Below, piece by piece: positions 25,901 to 39,044 of a DNA stretch of 64,000 nucleotides; the first letter of the stretch is position 1; each line of letters starts with the position of its first letter. The notes beneath the pieces are model-generated. The model saw nothing but the letters and a program-made list of their open reading frames with translations, had not been told where the DNA came from and did no database searches. The DNA comes from Octopus sinensis. Its lineage: Eukaryota. Where the stretch lies: contig NC_042998.1 in NCBI RefSeq assembly GCF_006345805.1, positions 158,782,001 through 158,846,000 on the forward strand. The letters run 5' to 3'. Position numbers and translations under genes: made by a program.

Positions 25901-25937
25901 TTTGTCGACCGGTTTCGCTTTCGCTAATCATGACAAA
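25901..25937 (-). ncRNA. hammerhead-like motif, A3-U8 core variant
   Basis: Minus strand TTTGTC-ATGATTA-GC-GAAA-GC-GAAA-CCG-GTC-GACAAA; 6-bp stem I, GNRA-capped stem II, palindromic ACCGGT. Confidence 0.7.
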
Positions 25938-28007
25938 CTGTCAATTAAAGAAGCAGACAAAGGAAGTACTGTAGTCCTGAAGGACACAGAATACTACAAA
26001 AACCTAGTATTATACATGCTAGCAAACGATGCCTTCTAAGAAAAAGTAGTAAACTATAAACAAAAATCTTGCATCCTTAGTTCTTCTACATAGAAAAGGC
26101 CCGACAGAAAAATATTTCACGTACTTTAAAAGTAAACCTAGTATTTTTTATAGCCTACCTAAAATACACAAGAGCGAGATAGTTAATGAAGCCTGCAAAC
26201 AATCATCAGGCAAATACATAAATATCCAAGCGCCAGAAGACCTAAAGTTAATACCCATTATAGCTGGCTCAGCTTGTGAAACCCACTGTCTAAGCTTTAT
26301 TCGAGACATCCTACGGAAACCATTGCTGAAATATATCAAAAGTTTCATTAGAAACAATCTAAACATGCTTGAGCACCTATCAAAAACAACTAATGAAGAG
26401 ATATTATTGGTTTCCTTCGATGTTATTAGTATTTACACCAACATCCCACATAATTATGGAATAGAAGCAATAAAATTCTGGTTGGAAAAGTAACCCGAAG
26501 TACTTCCGGAACTCATAAACTAGGTTTTTATTATTGAAACTTTAAAATTTATGCTTCAGAACAATTATTTCCTATTTGATGACACCTACTATCGTCAAAA
26601 ATGCTGATTGCGATGAGAACGAAAGCAACCCCTGTTCTTGTAAACCTAATAATTAGATATTTTTATTTCCCCATATATGAAGTATCACTGCAAAAATATG
26701 GATACTCATTTCACATTATTTAAGAGAGAACTGGAAAAGATACCTGGATGACTGCTTTATCATTTTGGAAGGAGACAATTGACAAACATTTGGAATTTAA
26801 ATCAATACTAAATAATATAAACCCTAACATTCAATTTACAATGGAATATAGCAAAGAACAGCTCCCTTTCTTAGATATTATGATAAAAAACGTCAACAAC
26901 CAAATTATAACTGACATTTATCATAAACCAATGAACTCGAAGCAATATCTCCTGTTTAGCTCATGCCACTCGAAATATATCATTTAATTTAACAAAAAGG
27001 ATTTGCACACTAGCGTCTGATAGAAATGCTTGGGACCTTCGTTTCCAAGACCCCAGAAGACTAACTGAAAGATAATATCCACACTCACTTATTCACGATG
27101 GACTTAAGCATGCTAAGAAATTAGACATTAAAACACTAAAGACAACAAAACGTAGCACTATCACCTTATCTCAAAACACTACTGTATATGTCAACTCACA
27201 ATCCTAGAAACAATGAGGCATACAACGCTATTGTACAAAATCTTACTATGCTCACTATATATCCAAAAATAAACATTCTGAAAACATGAATTCATCAAAT
27301 GCAAAAAGCAACCCAAATCGTTGAAAAGACTTCTAACAAATGCAAGGCTTTACGCAACAACCACGAAACTAACGGTTAAAAATATGGACGCCCAAACTAT
27401 GAAACTTGCCCCAATGAACTGGAAGGATCGGAATTCCTATTCAAACAAGGAGAGAGGTTCACAATTAAAACCAACTTGCTCAGGTTGTGGACATAACTAT
27501 ATAGGATAGATAAGTATGGCACTGTGACAGAGAACCACCCTACATTAGGAAGAGATCCGGTTCCTGCAATACAGAGAGTGAACACATAGAGAGATGTGCA
27601 GGTAATATCCAACCAAACTTCACAGTTTCCCTATCTACCAGTGCAAAGAAACAATTTCTATACAAGAACGTTTAAATAAAGAAAAGTTGTTCATCGAAAA
27701 ATACAGAACACTTCTAAAAATGAACGTATAAGAAACTTTGATCTCAAATATTTTAATTCATGATCACATACCCATCACTGTACATATTACATCTCACTAC
27801 TTTAACATTTGGGGTTTTGTATCTATATATATATATATATCCCCTCCACGAAAGATGAGAAATTACCCCACTCCACTATCCTCAATAATAACGATCACCC
27901 TTTACCTCCCAGTAGATTTTTCCGCTTATCGACTCATTCATTCACAAACTTCTCCACACAAAACATGGATTAAAATCTTAAGAAAATACGAAATTTTAAT
28001 AATTTCA

Positions 28008-28043
28008 GTGTTATGATTAGCGAAAGCGAAACCGGTCGACAAA
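28008..28043 (+). ncRNA. hammerhead-like motif, A3-U8 core variant (second copy)
   Basis: TGTT-ATGATTA(28013)-GCGAAAGC-GAAA-CCG-GTC(28037)-GACA. Confidence 0.65.
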
Positions 28044-28173
28044 CACAATTTAAAATATATTAAAACTATAAAGTGTGTGCATTTTCCTTCTTTTATTTTA
28101 TATATATTTTTTCTTTGCAGTGATACTTCATATATGGGGAAATAAAAATATCTAATTATTAGGTTTACAAGAA

Positions 28174-28582
28174 CAGGCTTGTTCCTTTTGTTTTCCAAAT
28201 TTCTCTCAGAAGCCTTGCTTTTGTACAGTTATCAATGAAGTGTTTGATACCTCGTTCTATAATGCCCTTACGGATTAGTATGTCACTGGTCATCCCATGA
28301 AAACAAAGCATCTTTTGAAGATTTAGCATATTTCATCAAATATTCTCTGCAATCATTTTACCGGTTATCCACCTCGGCAGAAAATTTGTAATACAATTTC
28401 TTCATATCCATTACACACATGTGGCTCAGAAGACCTTTATTTTGAAAGAGCTGAAAGGATTGACCTTTAGCTTGTTCAAAATTATTAACACTTTAACAAC
28501 AGTTTTGTTTTCTCTTTTGAGTTTTCAAATGCTTGTGTGAAAAGCATACATGGACAATATAACTTCCTTAATTCATTTCCAA
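28174..28582 (-). repeat. inverted duplicate of 29833-30242
   Basis: About 410 bp, apparently identical reverse complement (for example CAGGCTTGTTCCTTTTGTTTTCC versus GGAAAACAAAAGGAACAAGCCTG). Confidence 0.9.
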
Positions 28583-31174
28583 TAACGTGGGGATAATCGA
28601 GATTTCTCTCTTTTTGTTACTATATATGCGTGTGCATATATATGTATGTATATATATGTATGTATGCTGATATATATATATATATATATATATGCTTTGC
28701 CAAATAAACTTACTCTTCATTTTAGTGATTCACATGCTCTCAGCTTATAACTGAAACGGCGGTAAGCTAATGAAGTTGATTCGGTCATTTCGGTTCTCCT
28801 GTCATTTATTTATTTTCATAATATGCTAGGTACTCAACTAACTCTCTATTCTGAAGCTTATGTACATTCAGTTCTAACACTAGGTTGTTAGTATCGCTGT
28901 GCCTAAGTGAAATATTAAAATGTGTGTGTGTGTGTGTGCCTGTGTAAGTGTATGAGTATAACATGTAAGTCTGCTTATATACATGTGTTATATATATGTA
29001 ACATAAGGAAATCTACTGGCATACATTTTTTTATGTAACATAAGTGAATCTTCTAACATACCTTTCGTGTGACAAGAAAATATATTCTTGACTTTCAATT
29101 ATATTAACTTGCTCAAATGCAATACGACATTTCGACTAGAAAGTTCGTCAACTAAATTATGCGACTAGTTTATCAAATCTGGCTGCAAAATAGAGGATAT
29201 TGTTCGTATAGCCGAATTGTCTTATATATTTAGCGCAGTTAAGTTGATATTTTCTACAGTTACAAATTGATATACAAGCTCTTCATTGTGATTAAAAGAT
29301 GTCTCCATAGTTTCAAATATTATCACATTCTTCGAGACTCAAGGTCGAAAGTGGTTGTTAATTCTCTAACTGTACTATTTCCAACGCAATAACTTTCGCA
29401 TTAAAAAGAAAATAATGTTAACTGCGGTGCTACTGAAGATGAGAATCGCACAAAATATTCCTCTTTTTTTCCATGCACTTTTACTGGTAAGTCTTCAACA
29501 CAATAAAGAAAAGAATATTTTCAAAATTTAAGAAATAAGCAAAAGTTGGTTAGAACATTGTACAATATTACGCAGGAAGAAAAGATACTGATTTCAAAAA
29601 TATTGTCTTTAAAGTTTATCAATGCTATAGTCTTTTCTCATCTACTCTTTTTGAATAGAACTTTTGAAGGAATAGTGATTTTTTTTTTCAAATCAAATAC
29701 AGAAAGCTGTTATCTCGTTGCTACACAAGATAGCTCTCAATGTCTCTAGGAACTTCAAGAATGTTGAAGCTTTCAGCCTTGGAGACACTTTTCCTGTCAC
29801 AGACGAATCCACCTGCTGTGATTAATAAATCTTTTGGAAATGAATTAAGGAAGTTATATTGTCCATGTATGCTTTTCACACAAGCATTTGAAAACTCAAA
29901 AGAGAAAACAAAACTGTTGTTAAAGTGTTAATAATTTTGAACAAGCTAAAGGTCAATCCTTTCAGCTCTTTCAAAATAAAGGTCTTCTGAGCCACATGTG
30001 TGTAATGGATATGAAGAAATTGTATTACAAATTTTCTGCCGAGGTGGATAACCGGTAAAATGATTGCAGAGAATATTTGATGAAATATGCTAAATCTTCA
30101 AAAGATGCTTTGTTTTCATGGGATGACCAGTGACATACTAATCCGTAAGGGCATTATAGAACGAGGTATCAAACACTTCATTGATAACTGTACAAAAGCA
30201 AGGCTTCTGAGAGAAATTTGGAAAACAAAAGGAACAAGCCTGCTTTCGAGTCTTAGGAAGAGGTTCCTCTTAAAGTTCAAGGACGCTAGGAAACGATTTT
30301 AGCATACACATTAGGAAATGCTGAGTGGGTGACTTTCAGAAAATTATATCCAGTTTCTCATGATGCGAGCGTGGCGACAAACATTTCCGTCAATAACATG
30401 TCAATGGTATAAGAGATAGTAGAGAAGTAATTTGACAATTGCACTTCTCAAAGTTATTCTATTCATGTAACACGCCTTGCGTATAATCTGTTAGTTTTGA
30501 GAAAAAGTTTTACCGTTAGAAAATTATGTCAGACTGTGTAAAAATGACAATATAAAGCTGGGAAAAGTATTCTATTAGTATTTTGAATTATCGCTTACAT
30601 GCATATAACTTTTCTGTACACACACCTTGTAAATTACACACACCTGATATGATTTACAAGGTTTCCAATAGAAGCAAGCATACTTTGAAATAATCACTAT
30701 TTCTGTCTCCTTTGTTTGCGATACACATCTCCTCCCATTATGAATGTTTTTTTCAGATTCCTCAATAAACACCATTCTCTATACCCTCTCTCTTGTCAAA
30801 TGTCTCTGAGGAATGTAAAGTACCACTTCTCTTTCTTTTTACATACATAACTATTTATATAGGAAAACATGTCAACCCTTAACCTATAACTAATATTTTT
30901 CACTGAGTATTTAGCAACCTCCTTTTATAAGGTAAATTTATGGACATATAATGAGTGCTGTGAATAACATGATCGATAGAAGGTCGGAGCAACTACTTTG
31001 TGGTATATGGCACGTCCCTTACGTTCTGTGTTCAAATAGCATTCAAGTCAACATTAACTTTTATGTTCTCTTGAAGGTGGTGCCCTAGCCGGACTACAAA
31101 ATTGACCGAAAGTAACGAAATAACAAACATTATAACGAAATAACAAACATTATAACGAATAACAAACATACACA

Positions 31175-31365
31175 TTTCTATATTTAAGAGATGAGGAATT
31201 ATGATCGTTATTTACATTATTTACAATTGACGGATATTTCTCCTCATCTTGTTTGTTGTTAACACAACGTTTTGGCTGATATACCCTCCAAGCCTTCATC
31301 AGGTATCTTGGGGAAATTTCGAACCTGGGTTTTCATTCCTAAGGTATTTTTTGATGTTATTATTA
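31175..31365 (-). mobile_element. tail of the tRNA-head/HHR element (second copy)
   Basis: Reverse complement matches 5750-5930; HHR at 31261-31307 reads GATAC-CTGATGA-AGGCT..CAGCC-AAAA-CGTT-GTGTT (G12 mutated). Confidence 0.85.
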
Positions 31366-31447
31366 TTATTATCATTCTTCTTCTTCTTCTTCTTCTTCTT
31401 CTTCTTCTTCTTCTTCTCTTCTTCTTCTTCTTCTTCTTCTTCTTCTT

Positions 31448-31478
<31 letters not shown>

Positions 31479-31534
31479 TTATTATTATTATATTATTATT
31501 ATTATTATTATTTTATTATTATTATTATTATTAT

Positions 31535-33264
31535 TCAGTAGTTTTATTTTTATAGCGTGCTTTCACTTCACTACCGAGCGCAGCTCTGTGTGCCTTGGGT
31601 ATGTGCTGTGATTTGTTGTGATGCTCTGATGGTTATTGTATGGAAAGTGCTCTGCGTAGGATGTGTGCAGTGCCTAGTAGTGCAATTTTCTGTATGATAT
31701 ATGTGTTTGTAAGTCCTGGTGTTTTTGTTATGTATTTGTCTGAATATTTTTTTATCATGCCTAATGCACCTACTATGATAGGAATTGTTTCTGTTTTCAG
31801 ATTCCACATTCTAGTTACCTCTATTTCCAGGTCTTTGTATTTTGAGAGTTTCTCCATTTCTTTTAGAGACACGTTGTCATCTGCCGGTATTGATACATCA
31901 ATTAGAAAGCATTTTTTTTCTTCATGATCTCTGACAACTATATCTGGTCTGTTGGCCTTAATTTCTCTATCTGTGTGTATCGGCATATCCCAGAGTATGG
32001 TTGCTTTCTCGTTTTCTGTAACCTTTTCTGGTGTGTGCCTATACCATCTTTTTTCTGTTGTTATTCCATAATGTTGGCATAGCTTCCAGTGTATGTAGGT
32101 TCCAACTCTGTCATGTCTGTGAATATATTCCTTCTTAGCCAGGACTGGGCAGCTAGAGATAATATGATTTATTGTTTCTTGTCCATCTCCACATATTCTG
32201 CAGTTACTTGTAATATTTCTTTTCATTACATGTTTTTGGTAATTTCTGGTGGGGAGGCTTTGGTCTTGTGCTGCAATTAAAAATCCCTCTGTTTCTGCTT
32301 TGAGTCCTGAGCTTCTCAACCATTGCTGGGATCTTTCTTTGTCTATTTCTTTTGCGTTTAGTTTAGTGCAGTATTTACCATGAAGGGGCTTTTCTTGCCA
32401 TCGTTTTATCATGGTTCGTTGCTGTTCTATTTTTAGTTTGGATTTCATTTTATAGCTTTTGTTGTTTCTTCATCATCTTCTTCTTCTTCTTCTTCGTGTT
32501 TATTAGGTGGTATGATTTCTTGTTTATATTTGTCAGCTTCCTTAAATACTGAGAACAGTTTTTTGTTTTGCTCGTGTTTTGCTGCTATCTGGATCAGTTT
32601 TCCTTCCTTCTGAAGTAGGTATTTTTGCAGTCCTATGGTGGTTATTTTATAGTAGTTTTCCAGCTGTATAAGGCCTCTACCACCTTCTATACGTTGTATA
32701 TATAGTCTTTCTATGTCAGATTTTGGGTGATGCATCCTAGATCCTGTCAGTATTTTTCTTGTTTTCCTATCTATTTTGGACAGTTCATTTCGTGTCCAGT
32801 TAAGGATATTGTAGCTGTAACTTATAACTGGGACAGCTAAAGTGTTGATACCTATTATCTTGTTTTTAGCATTGAGCTCTGTTTTTAGTATTGATCTAAC
32901 TCGTCTATAATATTCTTTTTTTATTTTCTCTTTCATTTGTGTGTGTTGTGTCTTATCTAGTTCATGGATTCCTAAGTATTTGTAAGTTTGGCTTTGGTCT
33001 AATTCTTTTATTTCATTGGTTTTATCTAGTGTGATGTTGTTACTTTTAACTAGTTTTCCTCTTTTCATGGTTACTTTGGCGCATTTTTCTAATCCAAATT
33101 TCATATCTATTTCTTTGGTAAATCCATGAACTGTCTTTAATAGTGTTTCCAGCTGTTTGTCATTTGCAGCGTATAGTTTTAGGTCATCCATATATAAAAG
33201 GTGGCTGATCGTTTTGCCGTAACATTTATATCCGCATCCAGTTCTATTTAGCATATCAGATAGA
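31535..33264 (-). mobile_element. R4/Dong-clade non-LTR retrotransposon, 5'-truncated, young, inserted in (TAA)n
   Basis: RT ISHLLYMDDLKLYA, GGRGL, CCHC knuckle CRIC..HIISSC, RHD, RLE NRPDIV..IDVSIP..K..KY; short 3' UTR with AATAAA; (TAA)n on both sides. Confidence 0.92.
31633..33254 (-). pseudogene. RT C-terminal half + zinc knuckle + restriction-like endonuclease, one frameshift at about 32447
   Basis: ORFs 32445-33254 and 31633-32448 are consecutive parts of one R4-type protein. Confidence 0.9.
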
Positions 33265-33313
<49 letters not shown>

Positions 33314-33373
33314 TTATTATTATTATTATTTTTATTTTTATTATTATTATTAACCAATACGCCATATGCCCAC

Positions 33374-33445
33374 GGGTATATGGCGTAGTGGTTAAGAGTG
33401 CGGGCTACTTTCCCCCAAGATTCTGAATTCGATTCCAGGCAGCGC
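33374..33445 (+). mobile_element. tRNA-like head of the HHR-SINE family
   Basis: GGGTATATGGCGTAGTGGTTAAGAGTGCGGGCTACT..CCCCAAGATTCTGAATTCGATTCC, closely matching 5620-5690. Confidence 0.75.
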
Positions 33446-34326
33446 ATCCTTGCACTTTTGGCGGGGATAGACATGAACGTCACAGTAATTAATTTCTATA
33501 TCTTAGAATTATAGGACTTTCAATCGAATCATAAGAAGCCATTAATTATGACACAATTTGAATCCTGGCTAACAATGCCAAACTTTTTCTAAGCATATAT
33601 TTCCTTCTTTGCTTCATTCTTTCTTACTTTCTTTTTGTTTATTATCTTGAAGTTCAAATATGAGAAGCTTATTGCTGCGTGCCATGTGACATGATTCAAT
33701 GCGATTACACTAAATATCAAACTGCCGTGTCATTGTCCACGACAGAGTCAGGCATCAAAATGACAGGTATCAAAATCGTTGTTGCTATTAATGCATATAT
33801 TTCCTGACATCGTGTTACTCATACGATGACTATGTTCATGATGATGGTGAGGAGGAGGATGATGATAATGTTGATGATTTTGTTATTGACGCCGCCGTTG
33901 TTTACTGAGTTATGTCACGAATATTGTAAGTTAAAAGTAAATAACGAGATTAATGGAGTTACTGTTATATTCACTACTGCTATGGCCGCACTTAACACAT
34001 GTTTGGTATATCGAACTCTGGCTGAGCCACAATGCAACATTCACATTTCTTGAATTCCAATAAACAAATAAATAGGACACAAATGCCAAGAAAAATATTG
34101 AAATAGAATGTGTAGATACTAACAAAGAAAATTTTGAAATTTTACTCGTTATAATTAAGAACAATGAAAATACAAATATGAATATACTTAGATGCTAATT
34201 TGACCGAAACTAAAAAGAAAATGCCAAAAACAAAATGATTTAAATACTGCCTCACTTTAAAGTTTGACGAACTTCTTTAACCTTAGCAAATAAATGATGG
34301 CCAATTGGACAAATCCAACTTTATCG

Positions 34327-34370
<44 letters not shown>

Positions 34371-34479
34371 TAGTTTCCTAAAAATATGTATGCCCCTACC
34401 TCCTTGTTTTATCAAAATACATTATGAGCAAAGGACTACAACAACCTCCGAAATATTGGTCAAACAGTTATACCTATTT

Positions 34480-34708
34480 TTTTACTACCCACAAGGGGCT
34501 AAACACAGAGAGGACAAACAAGGACAGACAAACGGATTAAGTCGATTATATCGACCCCAGTGCGAAACTGGTACTTAATTTATCGACCCCGAAAGGATGA
34601 AAGGCAAAGTCAACCTCGGCGGAATTTGAACTCAGAACGTAGCGGCAGACGAAATACCACTAAGCATTTCGCCCGACGTGCTAACGTTTCTGCCAGCTCG
34701 CCGCCTTA
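34480..34708 (-). mobile_element. SINE family A, well-preserved copy
   Basis: Minus strand AAGGCGGCGAGCTGGCAGAAACGTTAGCACG..GAGTTCAAATTCCGCCGAGG..CCTTTCGGGGTCGATAAATTAAGTACCAG. Confidence 0.85.
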
Positions 34709-37700
34709 GAGTTATACCGTTATTAAGTTTTGTACGAGGACGGTCGTTCCAACATAGACAAACTCAGTGTGTGGTAGTTTATGTCTGAAATTTTGGCCAG
34801 CAAAACTTCTTCATTACATTCATTTGTAACTCAAAATAGATAGAAATCTCCGATGAGCTTTTTCGATATCAAAGAGGTTATGTGGATCAGTGGATCCACA
34901 CAACCTCTTTGCTCGAGCGATTCAAGGAAAGTAAAATACTTATTCCTGTATCCTAAAAAAATCCAAAAACATCTTTGATGAGCTTAGTGTCTGGATGACT
35001 ACTATTGAATGGCAAAAAAGAGTCTGCCTTACTGACATTCACCTTTTGGTGCAAAGAGAAGATAAGACCAGTTGATGGTCACATATTCGTTTCAGCTGAG
35101 CTGTGTCTGATAAAGATGATGAGATCTTTGAACCATTATGACTCAACTCATTCGTAATCCATGTAGAGTCATCAAACCATTGTCACCCAACAAGAAATAT
35201 TGAAAATGTATCAAAAGATATTCCCGATACTTCCTTCTGTAAACTCATGTAGTCAATGGTGGGGCAGTATTTTCTTCACTTTGAAGATGGAGGCAGCTCA
35301 CGAAGAGATCTTATTGTCACTGATTAATGGGTAGTCACACCTAAAATTGTTATGCAGCTCTGTCAAAGCAATTTTATATGCTAAGTGCGTTAATAAGAAT
35401 ATTGACGCACTTAGATGAAGTTCAATGATATCGCACAGTATGAAGTCAAATGATATCTATCTGAAGTACTTTTGGATTTGGTGTCTACCAATACTGTTTA
35501 ACAGGCGCCAACAAAGCAATCTAGCCTGTGATTTGACTTCACCGCTACCACAGTTTATCACCAAGTACAGGCATCATTTGTGCCTACTCTGTTCCTATAA
35601 GCAAAACTTTTCCCGATGCTTCATGTATATTTCTGAACTTAAAATATGAAACTAATGGAAGCAGGTGTAACCAAATGAATAGCGTAAGGAAGTCAAAGAA
35701 ATTCATGCTACTGGGCGTGTTTATATTGATTTCTAATTTTGACATGACAAATAGTTTTAAGAGGAGGCGCGTAGTTGATAGAATTGAACTATCATTGGTA
35801 CTTCTGAAGGAACCTGCACATGATCGCTCGACCTGGTAGAAATAGTAACCAAATCATATCTGACCATTTTAAAAACGAAATGTTAGATTGCATGAAGTAA
35901 TCTGAAAAACAAAAAAGGACTAGAATATCTTTGATCATATGTTGGCTTGATTAGGGTTGATTTATTAGTAAACGACACTCCAGTAGAAGCCTTTTTTGGC
36001 TACTTAACCTACTAGAAATCGTTATTAAACATCGCTCAAATTGCATCTTGCCGTCTAAAGACAAAGAACGATACATTCCATGTGGTTATAGTTATTAAAA
36101 ATATAGAACGGTTATGATTCGAATTTTTAAATTTTTATTTTAGTGCTACTCAATAAGTGCTGACCTGGAGCTGAACAAAAACGGCAAAAGCAGCAACAAC
36201 TATTAGGTATTTTATTGACCTCGAAAGAATAATCAGTGAAGCTGTTTCCAGCAGGATTTGAACGCTGTAATGCAGTTTTGAAAGCTCCAGAAAATTACAT
36301 TCTAAAATATCTTTTCCATCGTTGTTGTATTTTGCTTTCTGGAATTAATTATTTTCAAATTCATTTCTATCAGATAAGCAGACAATTATAAAGGAAAAAG
36401 TAAAGAAAAAAAGTAAAAAGAATTGAATAACTGAATTGGAATAAATCAAAGAACAACGAAACTAAGTTAAATCATTAATTTTTTGCATGTTAATCACTAG
36501 AGTTTGGTAATTTCCGCAAGACTTCCGATAACTGTCAAAACAACACAATTAACAGATAAAATTAGTTGAAAATAATTATTATTTCATTATATATTCTAAA
36601 TAAACTGCACACTTCCCAATTTATATTTAAAATTTAAATCATGTCAAGTACTCTCCGGAATGTAGCTCTATTTTTATATCAAACTTCCAGATCTGATAAA
36701 ATCTTTAACGAGGAATCTAATATTTATGCTAGCACTTCTCAGCTTTCCAACCAATCATTTAATTCATAAATCTCATCTAACGCTTATGACATCTCCACAT
36801 CATATTAAAATATAATATTGCACACACATATATTACAGGGGAACCAACAGAGGTGTCTGCAAGAAATAATGGTTATATCTCTCTCAGATCGCATCCCACT
36901 TTCTCTTAAAGAAAAAAAGAATGGTACATTGAATAACATTGAATAATAGGGTTCCAGACACACTACGCCTAAAGAAATTATATGCAGGATAGTCGTTGCT
37001 GAAACATTGAAACACTTTTGATCACAAGGCAGCGTAGTGCCATGGAGTACGCAAAATCATCAGTTTTTATTATAGGCGAAAAGACACAAATAACAGCTGA
37101 TTAAATCAACTTCAATACTACAGTAGGACATATCGATAATGAAGAGGAAAGTTAACTCTACTAACTATTTGAATCCAGAATGTAAAACGGACATAAATAC
37201 TGCACCACGTTTATACATCATTCTACTGGTTCTATTATTCATTGCTCTTGCTTCATAAATAATATTACATAGCATCAAGTCAGAAACAACATTGCACTAA
37301 ATGAGTTTAAAAAAGTATTATATCACATTGTATAACTATATAGATAGTTAACTAATAATACGGCATTTTGCGACTCGAAAATAATTCATAACAAACAATA
37401 TCACGCTGAGCGACATTATACATATATCATAATAGACGATGTCGCGCAATGTAACTCTATAATTACACAATATGATGCTATGTGACTCTATAAATATAAC
37501 ATAAAAAACAATATTTTACTGTATGACATAAATAACAAACAATACAACACTATATCAAGCTGACAGCGCGCTCTTGTGTCAGGGGAAGATAAATGCTACA
37601 TTTCCGAAATTTGATGCCCAATATTGTACTGTTTTTCATAAACCGCTACTTGTAGCCCAATCTGGATGACATAGTTCCCTGATAGTTATGCGTAACCAAG

Positions 37701-38194
37701 ACCGACTTGGAGCTAATCAACCGCAACAACTCTCTAGATCATATTTAGTGGAAAAGTCTATTTATGTTTATAATGTAGTGTACTGTGATTTTGTTTGTTA
37801 TTACATGTTTATATAATGATATTTGTGGTATATTTTGTTAGGAAATGTTTATAAATGAGATAGCCTGAAATTGCTGTAATATTGTTTATAATGATATATT
37901 TGTCGCATGATATAATGTGATATTGATTATTATTGCATGTTTGCAATGTGTTATATCTAATATCATTTGTTTATATTGACATAAAAGAATATTCCTCATG
38001 CTTGTAGTCTCCCTTGGCTCCATATTGTTTGTTAAGTTATGTGTATAGTGTTACATATGGTTAAAATAAAAGATTCTGTTCAAAATTCTGAGAACGAAAT
38101 AGAAAACAACAGGCATCTGAGCACGACCGAATCGTCATGAGTATAATGAAAACACTAGTCTCAATGTCAGTATATAACAATTACTAGAATATAG

Positions 38195-38388
38195 TGGTAT
38201 CAAATTTTGGCACAAGGCCTGCATTTCGAATCATGTCCGTTCTATATTTTTAACTCGTTTACAACGATCCCAGTTCCCAACTGGTACTTATTTTATCGAT
38301 CCCGAAACAATGAAAGCGAAGTCGACCTCGGCGAATTTTAACGCAGAACGTATAGGCGTGCTAACGATCCTGCCAACTCGCCGCCTTA
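38195..38388 (-). mobile_element. SINE family A, deleted
   Basis: CTGGTACTTATTTTATCGATCCCGAAA..GTCGACCTCGGCG..TGCCAACTCGCCGCCTT. Confidence 0.7.
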
Positions 38389-39044
38389 ATTACTAGAATA
38401 TATTGATACTTCATTAAGGCGGTCTAATAAGTTCAAAATATATACTTCATTCGCCATTTGGCTTTAATCTCAAGACCTACTTTCATCTCCGTCATCTTCA
38501 TTTTCAAAAAATTTAATTTAGCTGACATTAGAGTTATCTTCTTTGCTGGATGCTTTCAAATTTCCAGCAGTCCTTAAAGGAGCTATTCCTGACTAATTTC
38601 AGGGACAATCCTAGTCGAAGTCTTTCAACTCACTATACATTTATTATCGTTCAACCAGAGAAAGAAAAGCCTCTAAAACTGGTGGTAGGATGAAGAGAAG
38701 GAAACTGGAAACCGCCTCTGAATGCTTGTAGTACAGTGAACTCTAGACAATGGCACTTAAAGTAGTAGTTTGAAATTTGACCCATGAGTTTTTGCTTAGT
38801 TACAGGACCACCACACGTAATGGGTAAAGACAAATTTCAGTGCTATCCACATTTCCTGAGGTAAAAATTAGAAACTAATGTTGATCCTTTTCTCTTCACT
38901 ACAGAAGAAACTATAGTTAAATAAAAATATTTTGGGTGCCTCTAGTTAAATAAGTTACCTCACTTAAATAGTCGGTGTCTTTTTTTCTCTCTACAAAAAA
39001 GTCCTTGGCTAATTCTTGCTAGGATTTCATTTATTCTTAGTCTA

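Larger units (their letters stand above)
25846..28100 (+). mobile_element. Penelope-like element (Neptune-like) bounded by inverted pseudo-LTR segments
   Basis: IKEADKGSTVV, YSLPKIHK, PIIAG, LVSFDVISIYTNIPH, RYLDD, LPFLDIMI, TDIYHKP, CSGCGHNYIG; 25846-25935 is the reverse complement of about 28009-28095. Confidence 0.9.

Noticed and set aside
18826-27730. Selenoprotein-type (Naiad) PLE recoding
   Set aside because: The endonuclease is C-terminal in these elements, the stops seen are mixed types rather than conserved TGA, and no SECIS was recognised.
29546-30480. Short ORFs suggesting a decayed DNA-transposon protein
   Set aside because: No diagnostic motif could be identified by eye.
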